Part shown: positions 36,435 through 45,759 of the stretch, one piece after another
Layout of the letters: each line of letters starts with the position of its first letter
Position numbering within the stretch: position 1 is the stretch's first letter
Source of the DNA: a virus
Taxonomy: Duplodnaviria; Heunggongvirae; Uroviricota; Caudoviricetes
IMG/VR virus record: IMGVR_UViG_2541047918_000003
Direction: 5' to 3' (one strand)
DNA: 47,928 nt
Made by a program: the position numbers and the translations under genes
Notes under the pieces: generated by a model
The model's database searches: none
What the model saw: the letters and a program-made list of their open reading frames with translations, nothing else
What the model was told of the DNA's origin: nothing

Positions 36435-36823
36435 TCGACAACCGCACCGCCAGCGCCATTGACCAGGCATTACAGAAACATGATACACCCGTCGGCCCGT
36501 TATTTTTTGTAACACATCACGGAAGAACAAAAAAATGCCTCACTCGAAAAACGGCAATTCGTTACCTGGCATTCTTTATGACCACCCGCGCTTTTGAACG
36601 TTCAGGATTCCGACAACGCCATCCTGACAAGCGTTTTATCTTCAACGGGAATGAAATATGGAAACGTGGAGAATCAACCACAGAGTACACCCGCGCACAC
36701 CAGCGAACAATCAGACGACTGCGCAGACTCATCGCCAGGAAACAGTATACAGAAAAATGGTTCAGAAAATATGACACATGGAGCGCCGGATATTACGAAC
36801 TGATGGCAACAAAACCATTCTGA
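36431..36823 (+). CDS. hypothetical basic protein (130 aa)
   Basis: ATGA overlap with the upstream gene; Arg/Lys-rich C-terminus. Confidence 0.5.
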   Translation: MIDNRTASAIDQALQKHDTPVGPLFFVTHHGRTKKCLTRKTAIRYLAFFMTTRAFERSGFRQRHPDKRFIFNGNEIWKRGESTTEYTRAHQRTIRRLRRLIARKQYTEKWFRKYDTWSAGYYELMATKPF

Positions 36824-36883
36824 CGTAAACGAAATTAACCATGACGCAATTAAATAAGGCAAGCTGAATACAGCAGGAGGACC

Positions 36884-37072
36884 ATGAACATTTATTTCAG
36901 AATAGTTATATCACTGGCAATTATCGCATGTATTTACGGATTGCTCGTCCCGTTTCTGATATCAATGAAGGATACGGTAGCGGTGATTTCTGGCTTTGCA
37001 CTGACGTTTCTAACCCCGCCATGTATTTATACCATTTATAAGGGGCTTTCTTTCACTAAGGATAAAAGATGA
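36884..37072 (+). CDS. small membrane protein with two predicted transmembrane helices
   Basis: 62 aa; AGGAGG RBS; ATGA overlap with the SPFH gene. Confidence 0.5.
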   Translation: MNIYFRIVISLAIIACIYGLLVPFLISMKDTVAVISGFALTFLTPPCIYTIYKGLSFTKDKR

Positions 37073-37896
37073 AAAAAATTATTTTTTCTTTAGCCATTGT
37101 TCTGCCTGCCATTGGCCTTGTCGGTTGTGATCGTGTTGAGCCTGGTAATGTGGGCATCAAAGTCAACAAACTTGGCGACGACAAAGGCGTCGGTGAAGTG
37201 GTCGGTGTTGGTCGCTACTGGACAGGCTGGAACACTGAAGTTTATATCTTCCCGACCTTTAAGCAGATGAAGACCTACGATGATCCATTCAGTTTCCAGA
37301 TGAGCGATGGAACAACCATTGGTTACCACATCGGAGTAGCCTACAAGGTTGATCCATCCAAAGTTACCACAGTCTTTCAGACCTACCGCAAAGGCGTGGA
37401 CGACATTACCGACACCGACCTGCGCCAGAAGATAGCCGACGCACTCAACCGACTGGCCAGCAAAATGACCACCGACAAATTTATCGACGGCGGCAAGTCT
37501 GAGCTGCTGGATGCAGCTCTTAAAGACATTCAGGAAGAAATGACGCCCATCGGTATTCAGGTAATAAGCCTCTCATATGTGGGTAAGCCGGAGTACCCGC
37601 CTACTGTTATCGACAGCATTAATGCCAAAGTCACGGCGAACCAGAAAACTCTGCAACGCGAGCAGGAAGTAAAACAGCGCGAAGCGGAAGCCAACATGTT
37701 GCGCGCGGAAGCTGCCGGACAGGCTGATGCGATTCGCACAAAAGCCCAGGCTGAAGCCGATGCTATTCGTTTACGCGGTGAAGCTCTGCGTCAGAACCCC
37801 GGTGTTATGGAGCTGGAAGCCATCAATAAATGGAACGGCACGCTGCCGCAATACATGACCAGCGGTGCCAATACACCATTTATCCAGGTTAAATAA
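37069..37896 (+). CDS. SPFH (band 7 / prohibitin-like) lipoprotein
   Basis: 275 aa; signal peptide with lipobox LVGC; SPFH-like core; coiled-coil Ala/Glu/Gln-rich C-terminal region. Confidence 0.75.
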   Translation: MKKIIFSLAIVLPAIGLVGCDRVEPGNVGIKVNKLGDDKGVGEVVGVGRYWTGWNTEVYIFPTFKQMKTYDDPFSFQMSDGTTIGYHIGVAYKVDPSKVTTVFQTYRKGVDDITDTDLRQKIADALNRLASKMTTDKFIDGGKSELLDAALKDIQEEMTPIGIQVISLSYVGKPEYPPTVIDSINAKVTANQKTLQREQEVKQREAEANMLRAEAAGQADAIRTKAQAEADAIRLRGEALRQNPGVMELEAINKWNGTLPQYMTSGANTPFIQVK

Positions 37897-37967
37897 CTTA
37901 ATATGCCCGGCAGGCCGTCGGGCTAAGGGAAAAGCAGATAAACACTCATAATACTCAACCGCAAATA

Positions 37968-38309
37968 ATGAACTATGACCCAAATCTGACGTCATGCGGA
38001 CGCATGGCGAAACAAACCGTTCGATTAACTTTCGGGCAATGGGAATACCGCGAAACATTCGAAGTCACTGTCGGTGGCAACCTGACCGGACTCGATGTTA
38101 TCAGTTGCGCTATTGAAAGCCTGTACGCAACGCTGCCTTATGAAGAAGTCGAGGATGAGCGTACAGGGGAAACAGATATCATGGCCACCATTAATATTGG
38201 CGAACTGACATGCCAGGATGAAGACCTGTCCGGAGAGCTCTGGCTTGCCGGGATGCTTATCTCAGCAGAAATTATCAGTATTGAACCCGCTACAAACATA
38301 CGGCTCTGA
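37968..38309 (+). CDS. hypothetical acidic protein
   Basis: 113 aa; weak RBS; start uncertain. Confidence 0.35.
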   Translation: MNYDPNLTSCGRMAKQTVRLTFGQWEYRETFEVTVGGNLTGLDVISCAIESLYATLPYEEVEDERTGETDIMATINIGELTCQDEDLSGELWLAGMLISAEIISIEPATNIRL

Positions 38310-38340
38310 AGTTCTCACTATTCAGAGAGCAGGAGAAAAA

Positions 38341-38583
38341 ATGTTCGCTTTGATTAATCAGGGACAACTGTATACCGACAGTGCCGGTTACCCGGTAATA
38401 ATTATTCGCTGCATAAACAACACTGTGTTGTACAGAAGAATTGATGGGCGAACACAGTCAGTAAAAATAAACGATTTCAATGAACTGTTTGAACGGATTG
38501 ATCACCAGGAATACCGACAAATTCTGGCAGAAACAGAGCAGGAGGCTCATCTGAAAAAATTACGGGCCATGAAAAGGAAGTAA
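38341..38583 (+). CDS. hypothetical protein (80 aa)
   Basis: AGGAG RBS directly before the ATG at 38341. Confidence 0.45.
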   Translation: MFALINQGQLYTDSAGYPVIIIRCINNTVLYRRIDGRTQSVKINDFNELFERIDHQEYRQILAETEQEAHLKKLRAMKRK

Positions 38584-38586
38584 AGA

Positions 38587-38733
38587 ATGAATAAAGCGTT
38601 TGAGCTATGGGTGCGCCAGCGTTACGGCAATCGCTATGACCTGACGCGAGATGTTGACGGCTTCTACTGTCGTGAAATTGTGAAACGAATGTTTGAAGTG
38701 TGGTGCCACTGCCGTGGGCTGAGTGTTGTGTGA
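38587..38733 (+). CDS. candidate 48-aa protein directly upstream of xis
   Basis: MNKAFELWVRQRYGNRYDLTRDVDGFYCREIVKRMFEVWCHCRGLSVV; AGGAAG RBS. Confidence 0.3.
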   Translation: MNKAFELWVRQRYGNRYDLTRDVDGFYCREIVKRMFEVWCHCRGLSVV

Positions 38734-38741
38734 GGTAATAC

Positions 38742-38978
38742 ATGGGCAATGTGATTCAACTGGCTCCCAATGAATGGGTTTGTGAAAGCGTTCTTATCGC
38801 AATTACCGGGCTCAAACCAGGCACAATTCTTCGGGCCCGGAAAGAATGCTGGATGGTTGGAAGAGAGTATATTCACGTATCACCAGACGGTAATCCAAAG
38901 CCTTCCAGTGAATGTATGTATAACAGAAAAGCAATAGATGCCTGGGTCGCCTCAATGAAAAACAAACAACCCAGGTGA
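38742..38978 (+). CDS. xis: excisionase (Xis-like)
   Basis: 78 aa; immediately upstream of int; GAGG RBS. Confidence 0.65.
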   Translation: MGNVIQLAPNEWVCESVLIAITGLKPGTILRARKECWMVGREYIHVSPDGNPKPSSECMYNRKAIDAWVASMKNKQPR

Positions 38979-39033
38979 TTTAATATCATGAAATATGTAA
39001 GCTCGTATCGCTCTTGGGCGTCTGGAGGTATCG

Positions 39034-40347
39034 ATGGATAAAGTCAAATATCCAACAGGCGTCGAAAACCACGGCGGCACATTACGCATCTGGTTTAATT
39101 TTAAAGGTAAACGTGTCAGGGAAAATCTTGGTGTCCCTGACACTGCCAAGAACAGGAAGATCGCCGGGGAACTGCGGACATCAGTATGTTTTGCCATCCG
39201 CACAGGAAGCTTTGATTATGCTGCACAGTTCCCTGACTCCCCCAACCTTCAGGCTTTTGGGGTAAGTAAAAAAGAAATTACGGTGAAGGAACTTGAAGAA
39301 AAGTGGCTGGATCTGAAACGAATGGAAATCTCTGCAAATGCATTCAATCGCTATGAATCCGTTGCAAGAACGATGGTTCCGAAAATTGGAGGCAGTAAAC
39401 TGGTGTCATCGGTAACCAAAGAGGAATTGCTGTATATCAGGAAAGATTTGCTGACCGGGTATCAGAATTCAACGAAAAACAAAGCAGCAGCAAAAGGACG
39501 GAGCGTCGTTACTGTAAATTATTACATGACGACAATCGCTGGAATGTTTCAGTTTGCTGCAGATCACGGTTACTTAGAAGCAAATCCCTTCCAGGGAATT
39601 AAGCCTCTTAAAAGAGCCAGGGCAGAGCCAGATCCGCTAACTCGTGACGAATTTATTCGCCTGATAGATGCTTGCCGACATCAGCAGACGAAAAACCTGT
39701 GGTCATTGGCTGTGTACACAGGAATGCGTCACGGTGAACTGGTCTCCCTGGCCTGGGAAGATATCGATCTGAAGGCAGGAACAATTACCATCAGGCGCAA
39801 TTATACGAAACTTGGTGAGTTCACTCTACCGAAAACTGAAGCAAGCACAAACAGGGTTGTGCACCTTATCCAGCCCGCTATCAGTGTCCTGAAAAATCAG
39901 GCTGAAATGACAAGACTGGGTAAGCAGTACAACATCAAGGTGCAACTACGTGAATATGGACGTTCAGTGAACCATGAATGTACTTTCGTGTTTAACCCTC
40001 AAGTGGTTAGAAAAAGCGAACAGGTAGGTTTTGTCTACAAAGTCGATTCTGTAGGTGACTCATGGGAAACAGCCATTAAGCGTGCAGGGATCAGGCATCG
40101 AAAGGCATACCAGTCACGACACACTTATGCGTGCTGGTCATTATCTGCCGGAGCAAACCCAAGCTTCATTGCCAGCCAGATGGGCCATGCAAGTGCCCAG
40201 ATGGTATTCAATGTATACGGAGCATGGATGACTGACAGCAATGCAGAACAGATCGCAATGCTGAATCAGAAGCTGACAGATTATGTCCCAATGATGCCCC
40301 ATAGTCACCAAAGTGACACCAGAGGCTTATTAAAATCAGTAAGTTAA
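39034..40347 (+). CDS. int: tyrosine integrase
   Basis: 437 aa; conserved Arg, His-x-x-Arg (SRHTYACW) and C-terminal Tyr; GGAGG RBS; stop abuts the host gene remnant. Confidence 0.9.
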   Translation: MDKVKYPTGVENHGGTLRIWFNFKGKRVRENLGVPDTAKNRKIAGELRTSVCFAIRTGSFDYAAQFPDSPNLQAFGVSKKEITVKELEEKWLDLKRMEISANAFNRYESVARTMVPKIGGSKLVSSVTKEELLYIRKDLLTGYQNSTKNKAAAKGRSVVTVNYYMTTIAGMFQFAADHGYLEANPFQGIKPLKRARAEPDPLTRDEFIRLIDACRHQQTKNLWSLAVYTGMRHGELVSLAWEDIDLKAGTITIRRNYTKLGEFTLPKTEASTNRVVHLIQPAISVLKNQAEMTRLGKQYNIKVQLREYGRSVNHECTFVFNPQVVRKSEQVGFVYKVDSVGDSWETAIKRAGIRHRKAYQSRHTYACWSLSAGANPSFIASQMGHASAQMVFNVYGAWMTDSNAEQIAMLNQKLTDYVPMMPHSHQSDTRGLLKSVS

Positions 40348-40373
40348 TCCTTAATACCCGTCATGTTAACTGC

Positions 40374-40775
40374 GTGGAGGGTAACACCACGCTTTATGCC
40401 CTGCCGAAACCCGAGGTTGTCCTGCGCTGGCGTGAGCAGACCACAGATGACTTCCGCTTCTGTTTTAAGTTTCCGGCGACCATTTCGCATCAGGCAGCAT
40501 TACGGCATTGCGATGATTTAGTGACTGAATTTTTGACCCGCATGTCACCGTTGGCTCCGCGCATTGGACAATACTGGCTGCAACTGCCTGCCACATTCGG
40601 CCCACGGGAGCTGCCTGCGCTTTGGCATTTTCTCGATTCTCTTCCCGGTGAATTTAATTATGGGGTGGAAGTCCGCCATCCACAGTTTTTCGCCAAAGGG
40701 GAAGAGGAACAAACGCTTAATCGCGGTTTACATCAGCGCGGCGTTAATCGGGTGATTTTTATTAGACACGTTTAA
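40374..40775 (+). pseudogene. yecE: internal fragment of a DUF72-family host gene (yecE-like), truncated at both ends
   Basis: 133-aa ORF with a DUF72-like pattern (EGNTTLYALPKPEVVLRW...FRFCFKFPATISH...); frame is open upstream into the int 3' end; sequence diverges at about 40757. Confidence 0.6.
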
Positions 40776-40825
40776 ATACACCATCTAAAACGATACAATC
40801 TAGGGCATCAGTTTTGAGGTGAACA

Positions 40826-42349
40826 ATGAAACGTGCCATTTCTTACATCAGGTTTTCATCTGAGAAGCAATCCCGAGGTGATTCATTACGCCGACAGTCT
40901 AAGATGGTTAATGACTGGCTTAAGGCTCATCCTGAGTACTACCTTGACCAAGATTTATCTTTTCGTGATTTGGGGGTGAGTGGGTTCACTGGTAAGCACT
41001 TGAAAGGTGGCTTAGGTGACTTTTTAACCGCTATCGAGAAAGGGCTTGTTAAAGCTGGTGATACGCTCTTGATAGAATCTCTTGACCGTCTGTCACGTCA
41101 AGATGTAGACCAAGCAAGTGAGCTACTCAGAAACATTCTTCGCTCTGGTGTAGATGTGGTCACCTTGTCCGATGGTGAACATTACACAAAGGAAAGCTTA
41201 AAAGACCCGTTAGCTCTGATTAAAAGCATTTTGATAATGCAGCGGTCGCATGAGGAGAGTTTGCGTAAATCTGAACGTATCCAAGCTGCATGGGATGCAA
41301 AGAAAGAAGCTGCTAAAGCCGGTATCAAGATTTATAAGCGTTGTCCTGCATGGCTTAAGCTTAATGATGACCGTAAGACCTTCTCTGTGATACCTGAGAA
41401 GGTAGAAACTGTGAAGAGGTGCTTTCAATTACGGTTAGAGGGTAAGTCTATTTGGGAGATTGTCAGGACTCTTAATGATGAAGGTCACCAGACACTTAAC
41501 CAGTACAAAGCAGGTAAGTTTGGTCAAACCTCAGTGCAAGACCTTCTGAAAAATCGCTCTGTAATTGGTTACTTCACACCTAAAGGCTGTGAGGAGATAG
41601 CTGGTTATTTCCCCCCTATCATCCCTGAGACTGATTTCTACAAAGTCCAGCAACTATCATATTCTCGTTATGGAAGAAAGCCTGCTTCAGATAAACCATT
41701 GAGTGTGAATCTTTTCAAAGGTGTTATCCGTTGTTCTGAATGTGGTCATGCTTTGATTATCACAGGCTTTAGCGATACAAGAAACGGGATTTATCGTTGT
41801 CCTCTTCGTAATGAAAACCGTTGTAGTGCTAAAGGACTTTCACGTAAGCAAACCGATGGTACATTGCTTGCCCTGCTATCCCGTATAGACCGATTTGATA
41901 GCGATATGACGAATACCATAGACACACTGAAGCTACACCGTGAACACATCTCAAGCAATATTGAAAAGCTGGTACAGCTATCACTTGAAATTGAAGACTT
42001 GTCCGCTATTACCAGCAAACTAAAACAGTTAAAAGGTGAGCTATCACAGGTTGATGCGGATATCGAGAAGGAGACACAACGCCTTAAATCTATTGATGTT
42101 GGTTGTTTGTCTGATTGTGACTTGACTACAAAGGCGGGAAGGATTGAAGCACAACTGATAATCAAAAGTGCTGTTAAAGAGGTCATTTTAAATACTGCTA
42201 AACGTCGCTGTAAAGTAACTTTTCACAATAGTAAGTCAATCACCCTACCAATAACAGAAACCCCCTCAGAGGACGTTACAGAGGCTATACAGTCGCTTTC
42301 TGAAGTCACTGAGAGGGGGTTGATAGATGTTGATGAGGTTATCATATAG
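40826..42349 (+). CDS. large serine recombinase (integrase)
   Basis: 507 aa; N-terminal resolvase-type domain MKRAISYIRFSSEKQ; Cys-containing recombinase domain and coiled coil; GAGGTG RBS. Confidence 0.9.
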   Translation: MKRAISYIRFSSEKQSRGDSLRRQSKMVNDWLKAHPEYYLDQDLSFRDLGVSGFTGKHLKGGLGDFLTAIEKGLVKAGDTLLIESLDRLSRQDVDQASELLRNILRSGVDVVTLSDGEHYTKESLKDPLALIKSILIMQRSHEESLRKSERIQAAWDAKKEAAKAGIKIYKRCPAWLKLNDDRKTFSVIPEKVETVKRCFQLRLEGKSIWEIVRTLNDEGHQTLNQYKAGKFGQTSVQDLLKNRSVIGYFTPKGCEEIAGYFPPIIPETDFYKVQQLSYSRYGRKPASDKPLSVNLFKGVIRCSECGHALIITGFSDTRNGIYRCPLRNENRCSAKGLSRKQTDGTLLALLSRIDRFDSDMTNTIDTLKLHREHISSNIEKLVQLSLEIEDLSAITSKLKQLKGELSQVDADIEKETQRLKSIDVGCLSDCDLTTKAGRIEAQLIIKSAVKEVILNTAKRRCKVTFHNSKSITLPITETPSEDVTEAIQSLSEVTERGLIDVDEVII

Positions 42350-42363
42350 TTGAGATTCTATCG

Positions 42364-43137
42364 TCAGAATCGCTTGTTAGGATTCACAGAAAATTTCTTC
42401 AAAGTACTACCTGTACCAGCATTATTAAGCACCTTTGAAGCTTGCGCATTAGCGGCATCTGAGAAGGTGCTTTTTCCATTCTCAACTTTGACACTTTTAC
42501 CACAATTGATACGGGCTTGAAGTTGCTCATTAGTGAGTTCACTCGTAGAGCGATTATATAGCTCCTGACACAGCAACATACCATTACCTAGACTTGTCGT
42601 AGTGTTACCAGTGTTCTTCTTAGAAGTTGCACCACCATCATTCGTGGTAGCAGTCTTTCCAGTTGCAGCAGAAATATCAGTCTGACCAACAATAGCTTTG
42701 AAGTTAATTTCCTGAAAAGTTAGCTGGATTCTTAGACCGTTTGAAATCCCCACATCTTTAGAGGCTTTAAAACTCGTAATAATGGAATCGTCAATTTTAA
42801 TTCCGTCTTTACAGATGACCGAAATAATCTGTTTCTGGTCACGCCAGCTTTCAAGAGTGTCGATGAAGTTTTCTACTAATTGACCCTGACGAGTTAATAA
42901 TAAGCTTCCTTCATAGCCAACTACAACGACACCACTAATAGTGATTGTTCTGGGTGCTCTTTGCACATTATCTGTAACGGTTTGTCCTGATTGCATGTTC
43001 TGTGTAGTCACCTGCATAGGACTATCAAATTCCATGTTTTCAGTTGCTGATAAGGTTAAGAAGGCATCTACATTATCTCTTAAGTGGAAATAGATGCCGT
43101 CTTTGCCACTATATTTGATTTGGTTAGAGTAAATCAT
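42364..43137 (-). CDS. hypothetical protein downstream of the tape measure (possible distal tail protein)
   Basis: 257 aa from the ATG at 43137 with AAGGGGAA upstream; Ser/Thr/Asn-rich. Confidence 0.45.
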   Translation of the reverse strand: MIYSNQIKYSGKDGIYFHLRDNVDAFLTLSATENMEFDSPMQVTTQNMQSGQTVTDNVQRAPRTITISGVVVVGYEGSLLLTRQGQLVENFIDTLESWRDQKQIISVICKDGIKIDDSIITSFKASKDVGISNGLRIQLTFQEINFKAIVGQTDISAATGKTATTNDGGATSKKNTGNTTTSLGNGMLLCQELYNRSTSELTNEQLQARINCGKSVKVENGKSTFSDAANAQASKVLNNAGTGSTLKKFSVNPNKRF

Positions 43138-43211
43138 TAAATTCCCCTTTGATTTCAAAGGCTTAGTGTATTTTAATCATTTTTAACCAAGCCTTTGATA
43201 TATAAGTGTTT

Positions 43212-43288
43212 TCTCTGTTAAGCGTGTTGTACGTAAATTCTATTTTTCAGTGTGGGTATTAGCTTTACAGATTTCACGTAGCATTCGA
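43212..43288. repeat. copy A of a ~77-bp direct repeat
   Basis: Shares CTCTGTTAAGCGTG, TACGTAAA and AGATTTCACGTAGCA with copy B at 45357-45433. Confidence 0.6.
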
Positions 43289-43294
43289 CTATTA

Positions 43295-45343
43295 TCAATC
43301 ATCTTCTGGGAATGATGAACTTAATAGCGTAGCTTCTGCGTATTGGTCGTAGATATTACTGCTAAAGGTCATAAAGCTGGTTTCATCTGGTTTAATGGCA
43401 ACTTCACCACCAAGTGAAACTTTCACAGGCTCCTGAATACGTTTGCTCAAAGCACTAATTTCATCTCTCAGGCTTTGGATATCCGTATTCGTTAATGCCG
43501 CATCTTGTCTCATGGTGATTAATTCTGGATGCTGGAAGTTAGCAAGATTCATAGCTGCACTATTAAACCAACCTTTCACATCGTCCATAGTAAATACTGG
43601 CTTAAGTCCAGATTCTTTAGCTAACTCTGGTAATTTAGCTTGTGCTTCCATTCGTTCAGGTGTAGAGGCTAGTCTTTCATAACCTGCATAGAGAGCGCTA
43701 CCAGCTAATAGCATATTCCCAAGATTCAGTCTTGATGGTTTCCCATTCTTTCTATTCACGTTATCCGCTGTAGTATCAGCAACCTGACCTAATCTTGTGA
43801 TAGCAGTCATAAGCCCGTAAATACTTCTGGTTACACCAACAACTTTATTTACAGCAATAACACCAGCCAAGACTTTTAAACTATTAATCAAGCCAGAACC
43901 TAAAGCATCAACAACTTTCTTTTGTTCATCGGTTAAACCACGATAAGCTAATGTCACCTCATCAAAGAACGCTCGCACCTTGTAACTAATATCGGCCAGA
44001 CTATCGACACCATGTGACATATCAGTCATCAAGCTACCAAGAGATTCACCAAGACTTTTACCACTTCCACCAAGAGCGTTTAAAAGCGTTGTTAAGCTTC
44101 TTGTAAAATCTTGCAGACCACTTTCAGAACCTCTGAAGATACTATCAAGCGTGGTATTCCAAGAGTTTTTCAGGTTCCCTAATTGTGCCTGTGTACTTTC
44201 TGAAATAGCTTTCCAGCCACCTTTAGCGGTGATTTGTCTATTCAGTTCCTGAGTGACCTTCTGAAGAGTATCGGCAGATTTTAAAGCCCCCTTCTTCATG
44301 GCATCAAATAATTCCTGTTCAGTCTTTCCGGTTGCTTTAGCGAATACCTGAACCATACCAGGAACAGCTTCAGCTAGTTGCCCCTTAAGCTCTTCAGCCA
44401 TAACCTGACCCTTACCAGCCATCTGTGATAATGCTGTCAGTGCTCGCTTAATCTCTTCTTCACTTCGACCCATCAGACGAGAATAGCCAATCATACTTCT
44501 AAAAAGTTCTTCAGAACCTTGAATACCCATAGACTCTTTAGCTGAAGCACCGAAACCAGCAAACTGTGATTGCAGTTCAGCGATATCTAAACCCGTTGTT
44601 TGAGCTAATGACTTTGTGAACTCTTTTACCTGACCTGCATCTTTATCAAATACGAAATCAATTGAACGTTCAGCACTTGCACGCTGTAAACCAATTTCCA
44701 TTACTCGCTGATAAGCTGCCAAAGCACTTTGAAAAGTGTAAATAGCCGTACCCGCTTTAATTGCACTTGAAGCTAGTACATCTAAACCATTTGAAGCATT
44801 TTCACTGTGATTATTTTTGCTGGTGGTCTTGTTAAACTTAGAAAGTGTTTCACGTAGATTTTGATTTAACTTTGCTAACTCACGATTAAAAGCTTCGTTT
44901 CCAAGTGTCTTGGATTTACTACTTAATGCGTAAAACTGACTCTTAATGTATTTCTCGACAATTGGGTTAAGACCTTTCAGCTTAGACATATTCGCTGAAT
45001 AAGCCGCTGTGATTGCTCTGTTGCCGCTAATTCGTGGCTGTCTTGGCTGTCTAAGTGGCTTTAAAGTATCCTCAATTTCCGTTTTAATCTTAAACGCTCT
45101 AGTGTTTTTAAGACGCTGCTCAATCTTGTCAAAGGTCTTATTAAACTTCCTTTCAAGTTGCCCTAAAGAACTTGTCAGATTGCTGTCAAGTTGCTTGGTA
45201 TCGACCTTAAACGCTCTATTCAAATTACGTTCAATTCTTTGTGCTGACTGCAAAGCTGCCTTTTCAACTCTTTGCAAGCCCTTAATAACGTTCTCGCTGA
45301 AGCCTAGCTCAACGATAAAACTATCAACTTTAAATTGTGCCAT
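43295..45343 (-). CDS. phage tail tape measure-like protein
   Basis: 682 aa; central motif RALTALSQMAGKGQVMAEELKGQLAEAVPGMVQVFA; long coiled-coil segments; GAGGTGA RBS. Confidence 0.7.
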   Translation of the reverse strand: MAQFKVDSFIVELGFSENVIKGLQRVEKAALQSAQRIERNLNRAFKVDTKQLDSNLTSSLGQLERKFNKTFDKIEQRLKNTRAFKIKTEIEDTLKPLRQPRQPRISGNRAITAAYSANMSKLKGLNPIVEKYIKSQFYALSSKSKTLGNEAFNRELAKLNQNLRETLSKFNKTTSKNNHSENASNGLDVLASSAIKAGTAIYTFQSALAAYQRVMEIGLQRASAERSIDFVFDKDAGQVKEFTKSLAQTTGLDIAELQSQFAGFGASAKESMGIQGSEELFRSMIGYSRLMGRSEEEIKRALTALSQMAGKGQVMAEELKGQLAEAVPGMVQVFAKATGKTEQELFDAMKKGALKSADTLQKVTQELNRQITAKGGWKAISESTQAQLGNLKNSWNTTLDSIFRGSESGLQDFTRSLTTLLNALGGSGKSLGESLGSLMTDMSHGVDSLADISYKVRAFFDEVTLAYRGLTDEQKKVVDALGSGLINSLKVLAGVIAVNKVVGVTRSIYGLMTAITRLGQVADTTADNVNRKNGKPSRLNLGNMLLAGSALYAGYERLASTPERMEAQAKLPELAKESGLKPVFTMDDVKGWFNSAAMNLANFQHPELITMRQDAALTNTDIQSLRDEISALSKRIQEPVKVSLGGEVAIKPDETSFMTFSSNIYDQYAEATLLSSSFPEDD

Positions 45344-45356
45344 TGTTCATATTTCA

Positions 45357-45433
45357 CCTCTGTTAAGCGTGAGCTACGTAAAAAATAATTTTTGGTGGGT
45401 ATATCTGTTCAGAAGATTTCACGTAGCACACAT
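45357..45433. repeat. copy B of the ~77-bp direct repeat
   Basis: About 80 percent identical to copy A; lies in the leader region upstream of the tape measure gene. Confidence 0.6.
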
Positions 45434-45526
45434 ACAAAAAAGGGAGAAACTACCGAATAATATCGATAATCTCTCCCCGTGTTATAGATTCGATAGAACC
45501 TATCTCATACACCCAACCAATCTTTT

Positions 45527-45736
45527 TTAATGCCTGACAAGATAATGTAGTTCCGTTTCACCTATAATTTGAGCATCGGAAGGGATACGGTCGATACACC
45601 ACTTTGGAATCTTGCGTGTTTTTGGTTTGCGTGAGGTGATAATTTGATGTTTGGTTTTAATTCTTAAGGCTGGCTTAGTTTGTAACTTTAAGTTTTCACA
45701 AACAGACCGAATAGTCTCTAAACGTTCTTCAAACAT
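45527..45736 (-). CDS. hypothetical basic protein (69 aa)
   Basis: AAGAGGTGA RBS; Lys/Arg-rich. Confidence 0.45.
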   Translation of the reverse strand: MFEERLETIRSVCENLKLQTKPALRIKTKHQIITSRKPKTRKIPKWCIDRIPSDAQIIGETELHYLVRH

Positions 45737-45759
45737 TAATCACCTCTTTTAATTCATAA

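Larger units (their letters stand above)
1..40360. mobile_element. lambdoid prophage, right-hand part (tail fibre end to int); left boundary lies outside the window
   Basis: Contiguous lambda-like tail, HK97-like head, lysis, Q, replication, cI and int modules; int stop at 40347 abuts a DUF72 gene remnant. Confidence 0.85.
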
